Assembly: GCA_050084515.1 (NCBI GenBank) | Contig: CM114271.1 | Coordinates: forward strand, 24,676,001 to 24,740,000 | Reading direction: 5' to 3' | Origin: Blasia pusilla | Taxonomy: Eukaryota | Length of the DNA stretch: 64,000 nt | Shown: one piece after another, positions 41,265-54,588 of the stretch | How the letters are laid out: every line of letters starts with the position of its first letter | How positions within the stretch are numbered: the stretch's first letter is position 1 | The notes under the pieces: model-generated | The model's input: only the letters and a program-made list of their open reading frames with translations | The model's database searches: none | What the model was told of the DNA's origin: nothing | Position numbers and translations under genes: made by a program

Positions 41265-42700
41265 TCAGGGGTAGGAATGTATGAACATATGGTCAACATC
41301 AGGATGAATCCAAAGTATCATATGACAATGTAAACTCCCCCTACCTTGCAACTCATCACGTAGTAGGTAGTCTTGTACTCTACCCAAGATACGTGGACCT
41401 GAGAAGATAAATCGTGACAAAAAGGTATGAACTCTAGTGTGAAATAAGTGTGCACATTCTGAAGGAGCATCAAACCATGTAAAGTTAGGGTTGAAGTTTT
41501 CAAGAATGGAATCAATATGATCATATTCAATCCACCTAGTTGCAGAAACTTTGTCAAAAGTTAATGTGAGGAATGAATGAGGCATCCCCCATTTGTGTAA
41601 CATAGCTTTGAGATCTTTTAGATGGCGTTGATGCCAAGCGGGATTTCCAAGTATCTATGGGCTCATTGAATATTTGGATAGAGGGTGGTATAGGCTCTCG
41701 TTACTTAAGTGGGGTCTATCTCTGCGTAGACAATCTCACTCTTTATTTAGAATGCATGTTTTTGACATAGAACATAATGCAATATCTTGTCGTAGTTGGT
41801 ACATTAATAAAGGATACGGTTTAAACAAGGAGAATGGACTGAATTGTTGATGGCTTCTTGCCCGAGTAAAGTCAGAGAAAGTAGATGTACATTTGAAGTA
41901 CCCACAATGGAATGGAAATGAAGCAGACTCTTTAGCGAGGTGTGGGTCAAGAGATGCTCCAGAGGTGTCAGTCAATAGTTTGTCAGGAGAAAGTGCATTT
42001 GCTCGCAGGGATATACTACCATTATAAAAAATGTCAGTAGAGGCTCTCCTTTGGACAGGAAGAGAGTAGGCAACATCCTGAAGGATATTCAAGTGAGGAT
42101 GATAGGGGTCTTGACTCATGCTATGGGTAACTTGTCTTTTTTCTTGAGGAGCTTTAATTATCCTTTGGATTGATGATGGAGGAAGTATGACTATCCCACA
42201 GGTAGGATGTGGTGACTCTATAAGAGTCATGTAATCTTTCAATAATGGATTATTCTCAAGATTGATCCTCATGAGTTTTTGAATAGTTGGAGGAAGTATA
42301 ACTCTATTGTAGTTTTTGTTTGGCTAATGATTGAATTCAATAAAAGGAGAATCTAAAAGGGATGTGACCGAGAAGCACCCTCTATGGAAGCCATTGAATT
42401 TTTTTTCTACACCTAAACAAATGCTTGATGTAAACAAGAGTCATATACACGTTTATGTGGGTGCGAGGACAATTTGAAATGCAAAGGTCACATACGTGGA
42501 AGTGGCCTGGACAAGGTATAACATAATGTCTCATAAATCCATTGCACAATGCATATGGTGGATTCTCTGGATCTTAAAGAAGATACGTTTGTGTGCACAG
42601 ATTGCAATATAGCACTGCCCCACAATAACCACAACATTGCATGTTCTTGACATATGACGAGCATGTGGCACCCCATCTACGAAGATATAACCCAACCAAT
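41265..42700 (-). mobile_element. Helitron Rep (HUH endonuclease) fragment
   Basis: GMPHSFLTLT (motif 1) and ELQGRGSLHCHMILW (HUH motif 2), with a Cys-rich remnant upstream. No helicase seen. Confidence 0.85.
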
Positions 42701-45161
42701 AACCAATCCATGCAATGAGGTCTACAACTCAATCTTCTCAGATACGCAACTTTACTACGAGAATATTGGCGAGCTTTTGCTACTTTGGATTTCTTGAGAG
42801 TTGCAGTTTGTTTGTTATGATTCCTTCATGACCTTGGAGTAGACTCTTGAGTCTGTTTCTTTGCCATCAACTAAGAATGAACTTGGTATAGCTAGATAGA
42901 TAAGAGTAGGCTTATGTCGGACTCGTATAACCTATTGTTGTTATCCGAGTTGACACAAGGACCAAAGAGAATTTGGTGCAATAGAGGTCCATTGGATAGT
43001 TGGGACCGCTAGGCGCATGACACATGGTATCAGAGGTAATCCTTGGTGAGCAAGAACTTGGGGTTGTGGGAGCAACCGGACGCTTGGGGAAAACCCAAGG
43101 TAGCAGCGAGGCCCATACGCTCGGGGAGAGATGCAAGAAACACGGAGGAGATCTGAGTGTGGGGGCTTGAAGATGGCGACCAAGGGAGATGAACCACGGA
43201 AACGCGGAATGAAGTGACCCAAACCGAGAGACGAATTGATGTTGGATCGGGAGCCGGTGGAAGAGACTCCGACTCCTGAGGTGCCGAACACCATACATGA
43301 GGGTGTCCTAAACACAGACCCTACCGTGGGGGCAACGGCTCCAAACTCAAGTGAACTGGAATTCCATGTCCAAATGATGGACTATATGAAGATGATGACA
43401 AAGCGAGTGTTCCTGCAAAGCAAGCGGATTGTAGAGCTTGAGTCGGACCAAGCTTTGAGTTCTAGAAAAAAACTCTACAAGATGAACCTGCCCACGCCAT
43501 TCATTGGAGGGGGGCGAGATCGCCCCACTCCAGGTAAAAGATTTCCTTACGGAAATGGAATACTACTTTGAGGCGCAGAGGGCATCGGGGTAGGAGAAGG
43601 TGGCACTAGCGGTCACCTTACTAAATGATCATGCACTACAGTGGTGGACATCTCAACGAGAAAAACATCTAGCCGGTGGTTCACCTCTGAGCTGGGAGGA
43701 GTTCAAGATGCTCATTGGTGACCTAACCAAGCCGGAGTACAAAGAAATCCGCGATAAGATATAGCTCGTGCAACTGCGGCATACTAGGTCCCTCGACGCT
43801 TATGTGAGGGAGTTCAGCGCGAAGTTGAATTCCATTCCTAAGATAGATGAGACATCTCATATAGCAATCTTCATCGGTGGACTCAAACTGAGTGCGAAGA
43901 AGGCCTTGTATAGAATGTCGGAGTTGCCAAACACCTGCGTGGAGCTTTTGAGGATGGCGGATCGGATTGGGGATGATGAGGTCCAAACACCGGAGTCCTT
44001 TGAGACAAATTTTGTTTCCAAGATGTTGAAAAACAAAGGGGCACCCAAGAGAGTCTGGAGTGGAGTTGATCGGGACCAAGGAGATTCTCTCAACCCGGTG
44101 GCAAAGCGACAGGAATGCCATGCTAAGCTGAAGGGAGTGCAACATCAAAAGTCAGGAAATGACAAGGTGGTATGCTAAAACTATGGCAAACCAGAGCACA
44201 TGCCAAAGGGATGCTCCAAATATAAGGTTAGTAATGGGAGTATGATTGCGTTAGCTACTAAGCACTTGTGGACGGGAGGTCCAGAGACCTCCCATCAGGT
44301 CATGAAGAGGATATCCGACTTGGTGTACCTAAGATCCAAGATTGTTGATCTCAATGTGATGTTTCCCGTGAATACAGGTGCTTCACACTCCTTCCTAAGC
44401 CCTAGAATCGTGAAAGAGTTGGTTTTTTCAACCTCTAAGGCGGACTAGCCCATCCGAGTAGGCTTTGTTGGAGGCCTGTCTCATCGAACTTCTGAGTTGG
44501 TGTTGGGTTTGACGATAGGATGCGGTATTCGAGTTGAAGTAGAATTTCACAGTGTGGGAGATGGATGGCATTGATGGAGTCATCGGGAACACATTCCTAG
44601 ATGCATATGAGGTGGAACTGAGACAAAAGGCCATTGAGGTTGAGCATCTTAGTGAAAGGCAAACGATTGCAGGTGAGATTGGTTCTTGAGATGCTCATGA
44701 GAAAAAAGTTGGTGAATGCCATTACGAGGAGGAGTCAGACCGAGTTGGAGGATGGATTTCTTTGCTTAACGAGACAAGTGGAGGACATCACAAGTGAGAA
44801 GCATAGAGATTAGGATGCGACTTCGAGGGGAATCCCAAGGCTGCTACAAAGAGTAGTCAAGGAGTTTGGTGATGTCTTGACGGAGGACCTTCCGAACGAG
44901 TTGCCACCACATACAAAAATCGATCATAAGATAGAAGCCATTACCGGATCTCAATAACCTTCTGAGGCCCCATACAGATTGAATCAGGAGGAGCTTGCTG
45001 AGTTGAAAAAGCATGTAAGTGAGCTCTTAGAGAAGGGCTACATTAGAACTAGCAAGTCACCATATGGAGCGGTTGTTCTCTTTGTGAAGAAGAAGGATGG
45101 AAATATAAGACTCTTTGTGAATGAGGCGCGGTAAGAGGAGAGGAAGAGAGGAGCGAGGAGA

Positions 45162-48100
45162 TATTGAAGATTGATTTAATGTCAAACTCATGAGACACAT
45201 GAATTGCTACATTTGGTACTCACACGAAGTAGGGAAGCTTAATCTTGGTTAGTCACTTAAGCGCCATTATCTTAACTAGGGTTAGTTAATCACAGTTCGT
45301 CTAACTGGAGACTATGCTTAAGATTAGGGTTAGGGTTGCTTGTGTATACCCTCTATAATGGATAAGGGACTAACCTTCATTCATTCTCTCATTGCAAAAT
45401 TTTGTTGTCCATGGTGGTGTGCAAGTGTGAGAACCATTTGCCACCACTTATGCTTCTTTAGCAGTTTTCTACATCCTATCATAGCTCGCTTTTCTCATAG
45501 TGGGTGTAGATTTTACGTGGAGCTTTGACGATGATAAAACTTTGGAGGTGTTTTTAAGGGCTTTCCCGATTGATTTAGCCATTTGTTTCCGCATCGGTTA
45601 GATAAAATCCAAAGGTTGGTTCTAATTGTCTTGTAGAGCTCATTGAGAGCTTCCAACACATTTAAAATCTAAGCTCATGCAGTAGCAATTTCAATGTAGG
45701 AAAGTGCAATTAGTGAAGAAAAGTTCTCTACATAAATATATATAAGGTAGATAAGCATAATTACAATATTTGGAAGTTTTGCATGAAACAATTTCTCATG
45801 GATCAAGAACTATGGGAGCTTGTCACAGGTGATGAGGCCAAGACAGAAGGTCACTCAACAAACTTGAATGTTCGCGCTTGGAACAAACGCACAAGACAAG
45901 TAATCCATTACATAATAATAACTATCGATTCGCCAATAATATGTCACATTCAAGATGTTGATATTCGGAAGGAGACATGGGATGCATTAGAAAAGTTGTT
46001 CCATACATCTACAAAGGCCATAAAGCTTCAATTGAAATAGCAATTGAATGAAGTGAGGAAAGGATTGGAGAGCATCGATGATTATATTTTGAGTATCAGA
46101 TAAATTATTGATAAGTTGAATAGCATTGAAGTGACAGTAGAAGATGATGATCTGATTTTGTTTACTCTTCAAGGCCTTCCAAAGGATTACAAGTCCTTTG
46201 AGACTTCTATCTCTGTCAGAGAGAAGTATCAAACTTTTCAAGAGTTAGTCTCACTGTTAATCAGTGAAGAGTTACGTCGAGTAGGCATCAGTAGCTCGTT
46301 TAGTCTTCAAGAGAGTGTCCTATTTACATGTTATGGATCAAACAGAGGCAGGAGTTGTGGCAGAAGCTTCCGTGGTCGTGGTGGATATAAAAAATATCGA
46401 GGAAGAGGCACTCAATATAATGTCACTCAATCAACTACGAATCAGTACCAAACACAATCACAAGGTGGTGATGGTGGAAATCGTTGGGGTCGAGGTCAAC
46501 AACATAGGGTCCATGGATCTTACAATTACTGTGGGATAAAATATCATTGTGCAAAGTTTTTCTTCAAGAATAAGGAAAATATGAGAACATGAGCCTTACA
46601 TCAACAAAACTATGTGGAGCAACAACAACAACGGCACTACCAAGAACAAAAACATTCACAAACTGAGCATATCTTGGTCATGACTCATCATATGGGAGCA
46701 ATGGTCAAGAAAGATTCGACACCAGATACATTGACTCTAGTGCATCAAATCACATCACCTCATAAGCTAAATGGTTCAATAGTTTGGAGCCGGTGAAAGA
46801 TCCTGCAATTGTGTTGATAAGAGATGACATTGAGCATCATATCACGCATATCGATAAAGTTCCAGTAGCATCAGATGGTCTTTGTGGTCTTGGAATTATT
46901 CTCTATCTTCCTACCATTGCAAGAAACTTGATCTCTACATGATAGATAGTATAGCAAGGTTATCAAGTGAAGTTTAACACAAATGGTTGTTTCATTAAAA
47001 CAATGGATGATCAGACTACGATAGCCAAAGGAACTAGATCTGGAAGAATGTTCAATTTAGATATTTCTATGCCAGACATTCAAACAGCAATGTATGGTCA
47101 AAGAAGCCAACAAGTCACATATTTAAATATGTGGCATAAGAGAATGGAAGATATGAATCTTTAAAGATTACAAAGTCCTTCATCATCTAATCTAGTAATA
47201 GGACTTCCTAAATAAGCAAGTCCTGCTACGTTAGAGGTATGTCCTCCTTGCCAATTTGGAAAATAAACTAGATTTCCATTTCCAAAACAAAGTAGAAGAG
47301 CATTCAAAATATTGGAGTTGATTCACATTAATGTGTGGACAACATCACAACATAGCCTTAATGGTTGCCAATACTTCATTTCATTTATTGATGACTTATC
47401 TAGATATATATGTGTATACTTTATGAAAGCCAAGTTAGAAGTATTCTCAATATTTCAAACATTAAGAGTTCTAGTAGAGAAGCAGACTATAGAGAATATA
47501 TTATGAAATTGTGTTCAGATGGAGGAGGAGAGTATCTTGCAATAGAGTTTGATGATTACTTACATCATAATGACATCCAATGTCGAGTACTTGCCGTTAC
47601 ACTCCACAACAAAATGGAGTGGCTGAGAGAAAGAATCGGCATATTGTTGAGACAGCACGAGCTATGGTGAATGAGAACATACCTAAGGTGTATTGGGTTG
47701 AGGCTATAGTGTGTGCAGTCTTCTTGATCAACCAAACTCCAACAAAAAAATTCATGATAAGACTCCATTCTAAGTTCTTCACATGAAGTAAACGTGGTTT
47801 TTCTTTCATGAAAGTATTTGGTTGTAATTGTTTTGCTCATGTTCCTTCTGAAAGATGTAAAAAATTAGACCCCAAAATTTGAAAGATGAATATTCATCGG
47901 CTACGCTGATGGAACTAAGGGGTATAAGTGCTATATTCCATCATCTAGGAAGCTTATTATTAATCGCGATGTTGTCTTTGATGAGCTAAAGTCATGGTAT
48001 GATACATTTGAGCCTATTCCACCTCTAAACTCGTATGTTTTTTTTTTTTTTGGGGGGGAGATGACTGTAAACCAATTGACAATGCCTTCAAATTCCCCAA

Positions 48101-50139
48101 GTACAAGTGTAGGATTAGGAGAGGTCATAGATTCGTCAGTTAAATCTGTAAGTCCACGGAGGAGAAGAGTACATATTCAATCTGTTGACTCTAGTCAGAG
48201 CTCAAGTCAGGTGTTAGAGGTATCTACCTCTGAACAAAAACTTCGTAGATCAAGTAGAGTCACATATCATGTTCAGAGATTCATATATATATATATATGA
48301 AGGTTTTCTTACGATACATCATGCATATATGATGACTACCCTTCAAGACCATAAGCCGAGTTATTTTAAAGAAGCTGCAAGTAAAGTCGAATGGATTGAA
48401 GCTATGAAGGAAGAGCTTGCTGCATTAAAACATCAACACAATTGGGAGTTTACAAAGTCAAGCGCAATCAAGATGGTATAGTTAATAGATATAAAGCGGG
48501 ATTGGTGGCTAAGGGCTATGCACAAAAATATGGCATTGACTATGGGGAAACTTTTAGCCTTATTGCAAAGATGGCGACTACAATAAAAGTGGTTGCAGTT
48601 GTAGTAAGTAAGAAATGGAGATTACATCACATAGACGTCAAGAATTCTTTCTTGAACGCAGATCTATATGAGGAGGCATATATGACTCAACCACCTAGAT
48701 ATGAGCATCCCAAGTTTTCATTTCGCGTACGTATGTAGGTTGAAGAAAGCTCTATACAAGCTCAGACAAGCTCTTAGAGCCTTAGTATGGCAAGATTACA
48801 TTTATCGTACAAGAGTTGGGTTTTAGGGTATGTGATTATGACTCCTCGTTATATGTCTTGAGAGGACAAGATCATAAGATTATCATTGTGCTGTATGTTG
48901 ATGACCTCTTGATTACTGGGAGTACTAAGGATATGGTACAACAAGTCAAGCTAAAATTATAGGCAAAATTTTATATGAAAGACTTGGGAGAACTCAAATA
49001 CTTCTTTGGTGTTGAGTTTATCAAGGTTGGAGAGACCATGTGGTTACTACAACGATAATATGCTCTTCATATGCTTTCAAAATATGATATGACGGCTTGT
49101 AAGCCAATCTCTACACGGTTGGACCAGAGTGTGAAGCTAAGAGTGGATGAAGGAGAGTTGCTTGCACATTCTAATATGTATAGACGCATGGTTGAAAGTT
49201 TGATCTATCTAACTATAACACGGCCAGATTTGAGCTATGCAGTTGGCCTAGTTAGCCAATTAATGCAAGCACCTCGAAAACCTCATATTGATGCTTTAAG
49301 GAGGATTATGCGATATGTGAAATTATTTATTCAATTCGAGCTTCAATTTGAACCTTCTCCGAGTTAACAATTACATGGATTCACATATGCTGATTGGGCA
49401 TGAAGCGTGTCTGATCGACACTCCACATCTGCTTATTCACTTACTCTGGGAAGCGCCGTTATAAGTTGGGCTTCAAAGAAGCAACCTACAGTGGCTTATT
49501 CTCAACAAAGGCTGAATACACAAGAGCAATCAATGGAGCATGTGAGACGGTGTGGCTTCATCAATTCCTTGTTGAGATTTGTGGTAGTAAATTAGGACCT
49601 ATATGTAGACAATATTAATAACATCAAACTTGCTAATAATCCAGTGTTGAGGTGCACTATCATTTTATCAGAGAGAAAGTGCTTGCAAGAGAAATTGATC
49701 TTGTGTATAAAGGTACAGATCAGCAAATTTCTTACATCTTTAGAAAGGCATTGTCTAGAGATAAGTTTGAGATGTTTAGAAACGATTGCGGCTTGTTAGA
49801 GATATCGATATGAGCTTGAGGGGGAGTATTGAAGATTGAGTTACAGTCAAACTCATGAGACACATGAACTCCTACATTTGGTATTCATACGAAGTAGCGA
49901 AGCTTAATATCGGTTAGTGAGTTAAGCGCGATTATCTTAACTATGATTAGTTAATCATAGTTAATCTAACTAGAGACTATGGTTAAGATTAGGGTTAGGG
50001 TTGCTTGTACATACCCTATATAATGGAGAAGGGGACTAGCCTCTACTCATTCTCTCGTTGCAAAATTTTGGTCTCCATGGTGGTGTGTGAATGTGAGAGC
50101 CGTTTTCCACCAGTTATGCTTCTTTAGCATTTTTCTACA
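45162..50139 (+). mobile_element. Full-length degenerate Ty1/Copia retrotransposon
   Basis: LTRs at 45162-45473 and 49827-50139 (TA...CA), degenerate PBS TCCTATCATAGC, PPT GAGGGGGAG and TSD GGAGA/AGAGA. Order is gag, then integrase (DGGGEY, TPQQNGVAERKNR), then RT (LVAKGYAQ, LYVDD), then RNase H. Confidence 0.93.
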
Positions 50140-50530
50140 AGAGAGAGGAGAGAGGAAACTACCTTCATCCCAAAGAGATACATTTGGTTGAAGAGAGCTT
50201 CATGTGGTTTGAAGAGAGTTTCCGTTGGGTTGAAGAGAGGAAGTTTTTTTGGGGAATATTTTTGCAATTTTGTTCTCTATGCTTAGTCACTCCCACAGAT
50301 TGGCTTGTTCTCTTCCATATTCTGGCAACTCGTCGGAATCCGACGGGTTGCAACTTGCACAAACTAAAAAAAAACTGAAAAATTCATTGGAATCACTAAT
50401 GTGGAACAAATCACTTTTTCCATACAAGGTATGAAAAACACTCATCATTTATCCATAGCTGATAAGGGTACAAGCTCATAGTGAACATTTTGGCACTTCA
50501 GGGTACAATCAAAGACCTCATTCTGCATCC

Positions 50531-51900
50531 TCAAAGTGGTTTGTTTAAAATACTTCGCACTTCTTTGAGAAACAAAATTGGTTGGTGGATTCCTACGCCT
50601 ACCTCCGACTCTCTTAAACAACAAGCAACACATAGTAAATGTGCTTACAAGGGAAATACCTTTTCCCACTTGTCTCTCTTTGGACAAAGTCATCACAAGA
50701 ACATGTGGGGAAAGTAACAGATATGTACCACATACATCCCTATCACACTTGAATTCAAAGTGTTGTTCCTGATCCAATACATCCTTCCTATTCCATTGCT
50801 ACTATGAATGTCTTTTGTGGCGATAATTTTCATGTTTGCATCCCGAGCTTATGCGATTCGCTGTGCTCTCTCCATTGTTCGCCTACACATTCTATTTCTA
50901 TTCACCCCATTTATAGGCTCGAACAGAAATAATGGATTGAGATCATCCACCTTCTCAACATACATGTTGATATCAATCCTGGGTTAAATTCAGAATACAA
51001 AGGTCTCTGTAATGTGAATATGCTCCAAAACTCCGTCCATCTATGAGTTTGAAAATCAAGACTTATAAGATTTTCCACTTTGTCAGGGGTGGAATTGGTT
51101 CCTGCAGCAATGGGCCAAATCATGGGAATATTCCCTAGAGCTCCAATGGTAGTCGGATAAGACTTTCGAAGAGTGCATGATTCATTTGGGCATAAGATGT
51201 ACTTCAATTGATCCTCGGTTCTCGTAAAATGATTAAAGGTTTCCAGCCCCCATAAGCCTAGCAGTGGTTGTCTTATTCTTACATAGTTCTTATTCAGGAA
51301 AGTGCCACATGCTCTCCTAATGCCACCGATCCTGCCTTGCAAGTAGGTATACCTCGAGGGTTGCTTCGAGAAATATGCCACCGCTTGAGGTTGCAATCAA
51401 CCTCAACGATCAGACTCTTAAGTGGGAAGTTCCAGCAAAAGAGGGATTTTCAAATAAAACATTCATTGATTTTGCAGAAGGTACTTCAACTCAAATTGGG
51501 GAGCAGTCCTGTGTCTTTGAATACATGAGCGGGATTATTTCATCATCCAAATCAATCACTGGATTCTTTCCTCGATGCACACGGTTGACTTTCCTGAAGT
51601 CAAATTACTTATCAGGTCTCCAACAGTCTCGTTCAGACTTCTTTACTACCATCTCTATGGGACATTTCGAAACACGCCCACGAATGTCCTTACCAATGTA
51701 AACGTCTTTCTAAAGAGGAGTTTGAGCTACGCACCAATTGAAAGCTTCCACATACAATTTCTCATCCCCAGATCTAACAGCGGCTCTAACATAGAGCTCG
51801 TAAATTGAAGGGTCCTTTCCCTTGGTTACGCCTTTTGTGAGGAAGATGTGGAAGCCTGCAGATTATAGCATTGCTCTTGCCTAGTCTTGTTGGCATGCCT
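50531..51900 (-). pseudogene. SWIM zinc-finger protein pseudogene (MEKK1/ZSWIM2-like SWIM)
   Basis: Frameshift-joined translation QRIA.AR...YVVHICYFPTCSCDDFVQ...PCKHIYYVL...IHQPIL.LKEVRSIL gives CxC...CxH at about 50620-50740. The 5' boundary is approximate. Confidence 0.72.
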
Positions 51901-52058
51901 CAACATATATATTTTTTGACATGTTTATGATGACCTAAAGGAGGAATGAACACTCTCGACTCCGCTTATGTTGGGGCATAGGGCATTTTTGTGAATGTTA
52001 AGTCCCTCCACGGGAAAACTTATCAATTGATGGAGGGAACGCCTAAGTGTTGAATGAT

Positions 52059-53017
52059 TGCAACCCGTCACAATCTGACGGGTTGTGAGAAGCATTGAGA
52101 TGAAAACAACCAACCCGTCGATTGAACCATCGCCGACTGAGTGGACTAGCCAGAAAGGAATATTCGGAAATCATGATTAATGACTAGTGGGAAAGGATTT
52201 GCCGGGCTTCCTTCAACCTATGGGAGCCTGACGGTTTGGAAGGTAGACTCATGGGGGACTCCAACCCGTTGGAGTCCGATAGGTTGGAAACCCTAATGAA
52301 GCATGTCGACCGATAAAACGCACTTCGACGAGTTCAATTGAGTTTGGGTGGGACGATCCGACCCATCCGATTCCATCCTATCATACTCCATGGGAAAGAT
52401 CTACTAGAGGTCCTTCAACCCCTCAAAGTCTGACGGATTGCAAAATGAACAAACTCAAAATGGCGGTCCCTCCCTGGTCCTAGCCCGCGATAACCCATCA
52501 CACTCCCACGGCTTGTACCAGTTAGGCAGCTTGGATTTCGTGCAACTCGTCGGAGTCCGATGGTTGCACAAATCAGTTTGAATGGTCCCCGTGCATCCCG
52601 TCGGACTCCGATGGGATGCACGGGACCTAGGCTGGATGGACCCCATGCACCCCGTCATGGTCCAAAGGGTCACAGGAACCAAGCAGGATCAATGGTCCCC
52701 GTGCAACCTGTCAGACTTCAATGGGTTGCATAGGACCTAGGTTGGATGGACCCCACGCAACCCGAAGTGGTCCGACGGGTTGCAAGAACAGGGCACGATC
52801 AATGGTCCCGTGCAACCCATGGGAGTTCGAAGGGTTGCACGTGACCTAGGCTGGATGGACCCCGAGCAACCCGTCGCCCGTCGGGGTCCAAAGGGGTGCA
52901 AGAATTGGGCAGGATGGACCCCGTGCAACCCGTTGGAGTATAATGGGTTGTAGGTAGAATCCTGGGCATATCTCCCATGCATTGGAGTTGCAACCCATCG
53001 CGCTCCAACAGGCTGCA
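52059..53017. repeat. Palindrome array 1 (~15 copies), between the divergent genes
   Basis: Consensus TGCAACCCGTCGGAnTCCGACGGGTTGCA, for example at 52541, 52592, 52702, 52756, 52811 and 52924. The core has a ~55-bp period with two alternating spacer types. Confidence 0.92.
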
Positions 53018-54588
53018 GGTAGCTCACGCGGAACATGCACCGTAATGGTCCACCATTGTACAACCGGTCCCCTGTCGTACACCAACGGTCCGCCGTCGCA
53101 CCAACGGTCGAGTCCAACGGCTCCGGAAGTACATAAGGACCAGTTTCGAGGCTTCTCACTTTTCTATTCTACAATTTTCCGCGTTGTTTTAAACTCCCGT
53201 GTTAATACAACTACCAAAACTTGCTTTCTATTTACTCGAACATTTTGACGGTTGGTGGTGACGGTTTGAATTGAAGCGATTCTTTTCAGAGTTAATGAAG
53301 ATTTAGGTAAGAACCCCTCGTGAAGCATTTGATTGTTGGCTTATTTTAGGATGACTCGAAAAGATTCCCAAGCCAGCAAGGTCGTGAGCTTCTTTCCCAA
53401 GCCCGACAGAACTCCGTCTTTTGGTACGCGACGCACGGCCGCAAATGTTTGGCGAGAGGAAATCGAGGAGCGCGAGCGAGAAACCGAGATGAGGAAGCAG
53501 GAAATGTTGGAGAAACTAGCTTTGGAGAAGGTCGCAAAGCAAGCGGAGAAGAGAGAAGTGAAATTGCTTGCGGATGCGGAGAAGGCCGAGAAGAAATGCA
53601 TGGAGGCGGAGATCAAGCAGAATAAGAGCTAGGACGCCGGCTTCCCGAAAGCCAAAATTGCAAAAGCCAGGAAGGAAAGGGCATTGGTTGTAGAAGAAGA
53701 ACATGCCCAACAACCCACCGAGAGTGTGGGAATGGAGGATGTCTCATCCATGAGGTCGAGTGGTCCAATGCACGAGACCAATACCAAGGAGCTTCTAGAG
53801 ATCAACAAGGAAGCTGTTAGAACCCCGAGTGTCAAGATAATGGAGATCTCGTAAGGAGAAGGAGGAGAGTCTTCTACATCTCAAAACCATGTTGAAGAAT
53901 TCGTCCTCTTTGCAATTGAAGAGTTTCCAGTAGACTTGCCGGATGAGGCTCCATAGGAGCTCGTTGGACTTGACACTGACCCACTTTTCGAGCGGGTAAG
54001 AATTATTCAATAGTTCTCTCTACACTGCATTACTTCCAGTTGTTCTGAAAATTGGAATTGACAGTGGTAACATTCGCGGAGGTGTTGAAGCAGGAGATAC
54101 TGGTGGATGGCCGGAATGTCCCGAGGATTCTTCTCTACCAACTCTAAACGATGGAATACATTTGACAAATCCAATCGGAGAAAGACATTGACAAGTTGAA
54201 GCAGTCATTGACAACAACGTCATACGTTGACTTCCCACCTTTCTATCTCCGACCGTAGGTTGAGCATGGAACCCAAGCTTTGGTTATGGAGGAAGAATTG
54301 GAGAGTCTAGATGCTTTTTGGAGGTTGAGGGACGTTGAGTTCCGCAAGGCAGTAGCAACTCAATACAAGTGGATGCAAAACTTGTACTTCTTCATCTAGG
54401 ATGACAACCACCAATTCATGGCACGGTCGTAGTTTGCAGCAGAGCGACCAAACTCCCTTGAGGCTCACTTTTGCGTGAGGGCGGTGGTCCTCCATCTCGA
54501 CTCAAATCATATGGCTAAGGTGGAGATGGCTATGCTCTCCATGAACACGTAAGCATCCTCAACAAATTTCCCCAAATAAGAAGCGGTT

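Noticed and set aside
45324-45337. TTAGGGTTAGGGTT as telomeric sequence (also near 49989)
   Set aside because: Only two units, and they are part of the Copia LTR.
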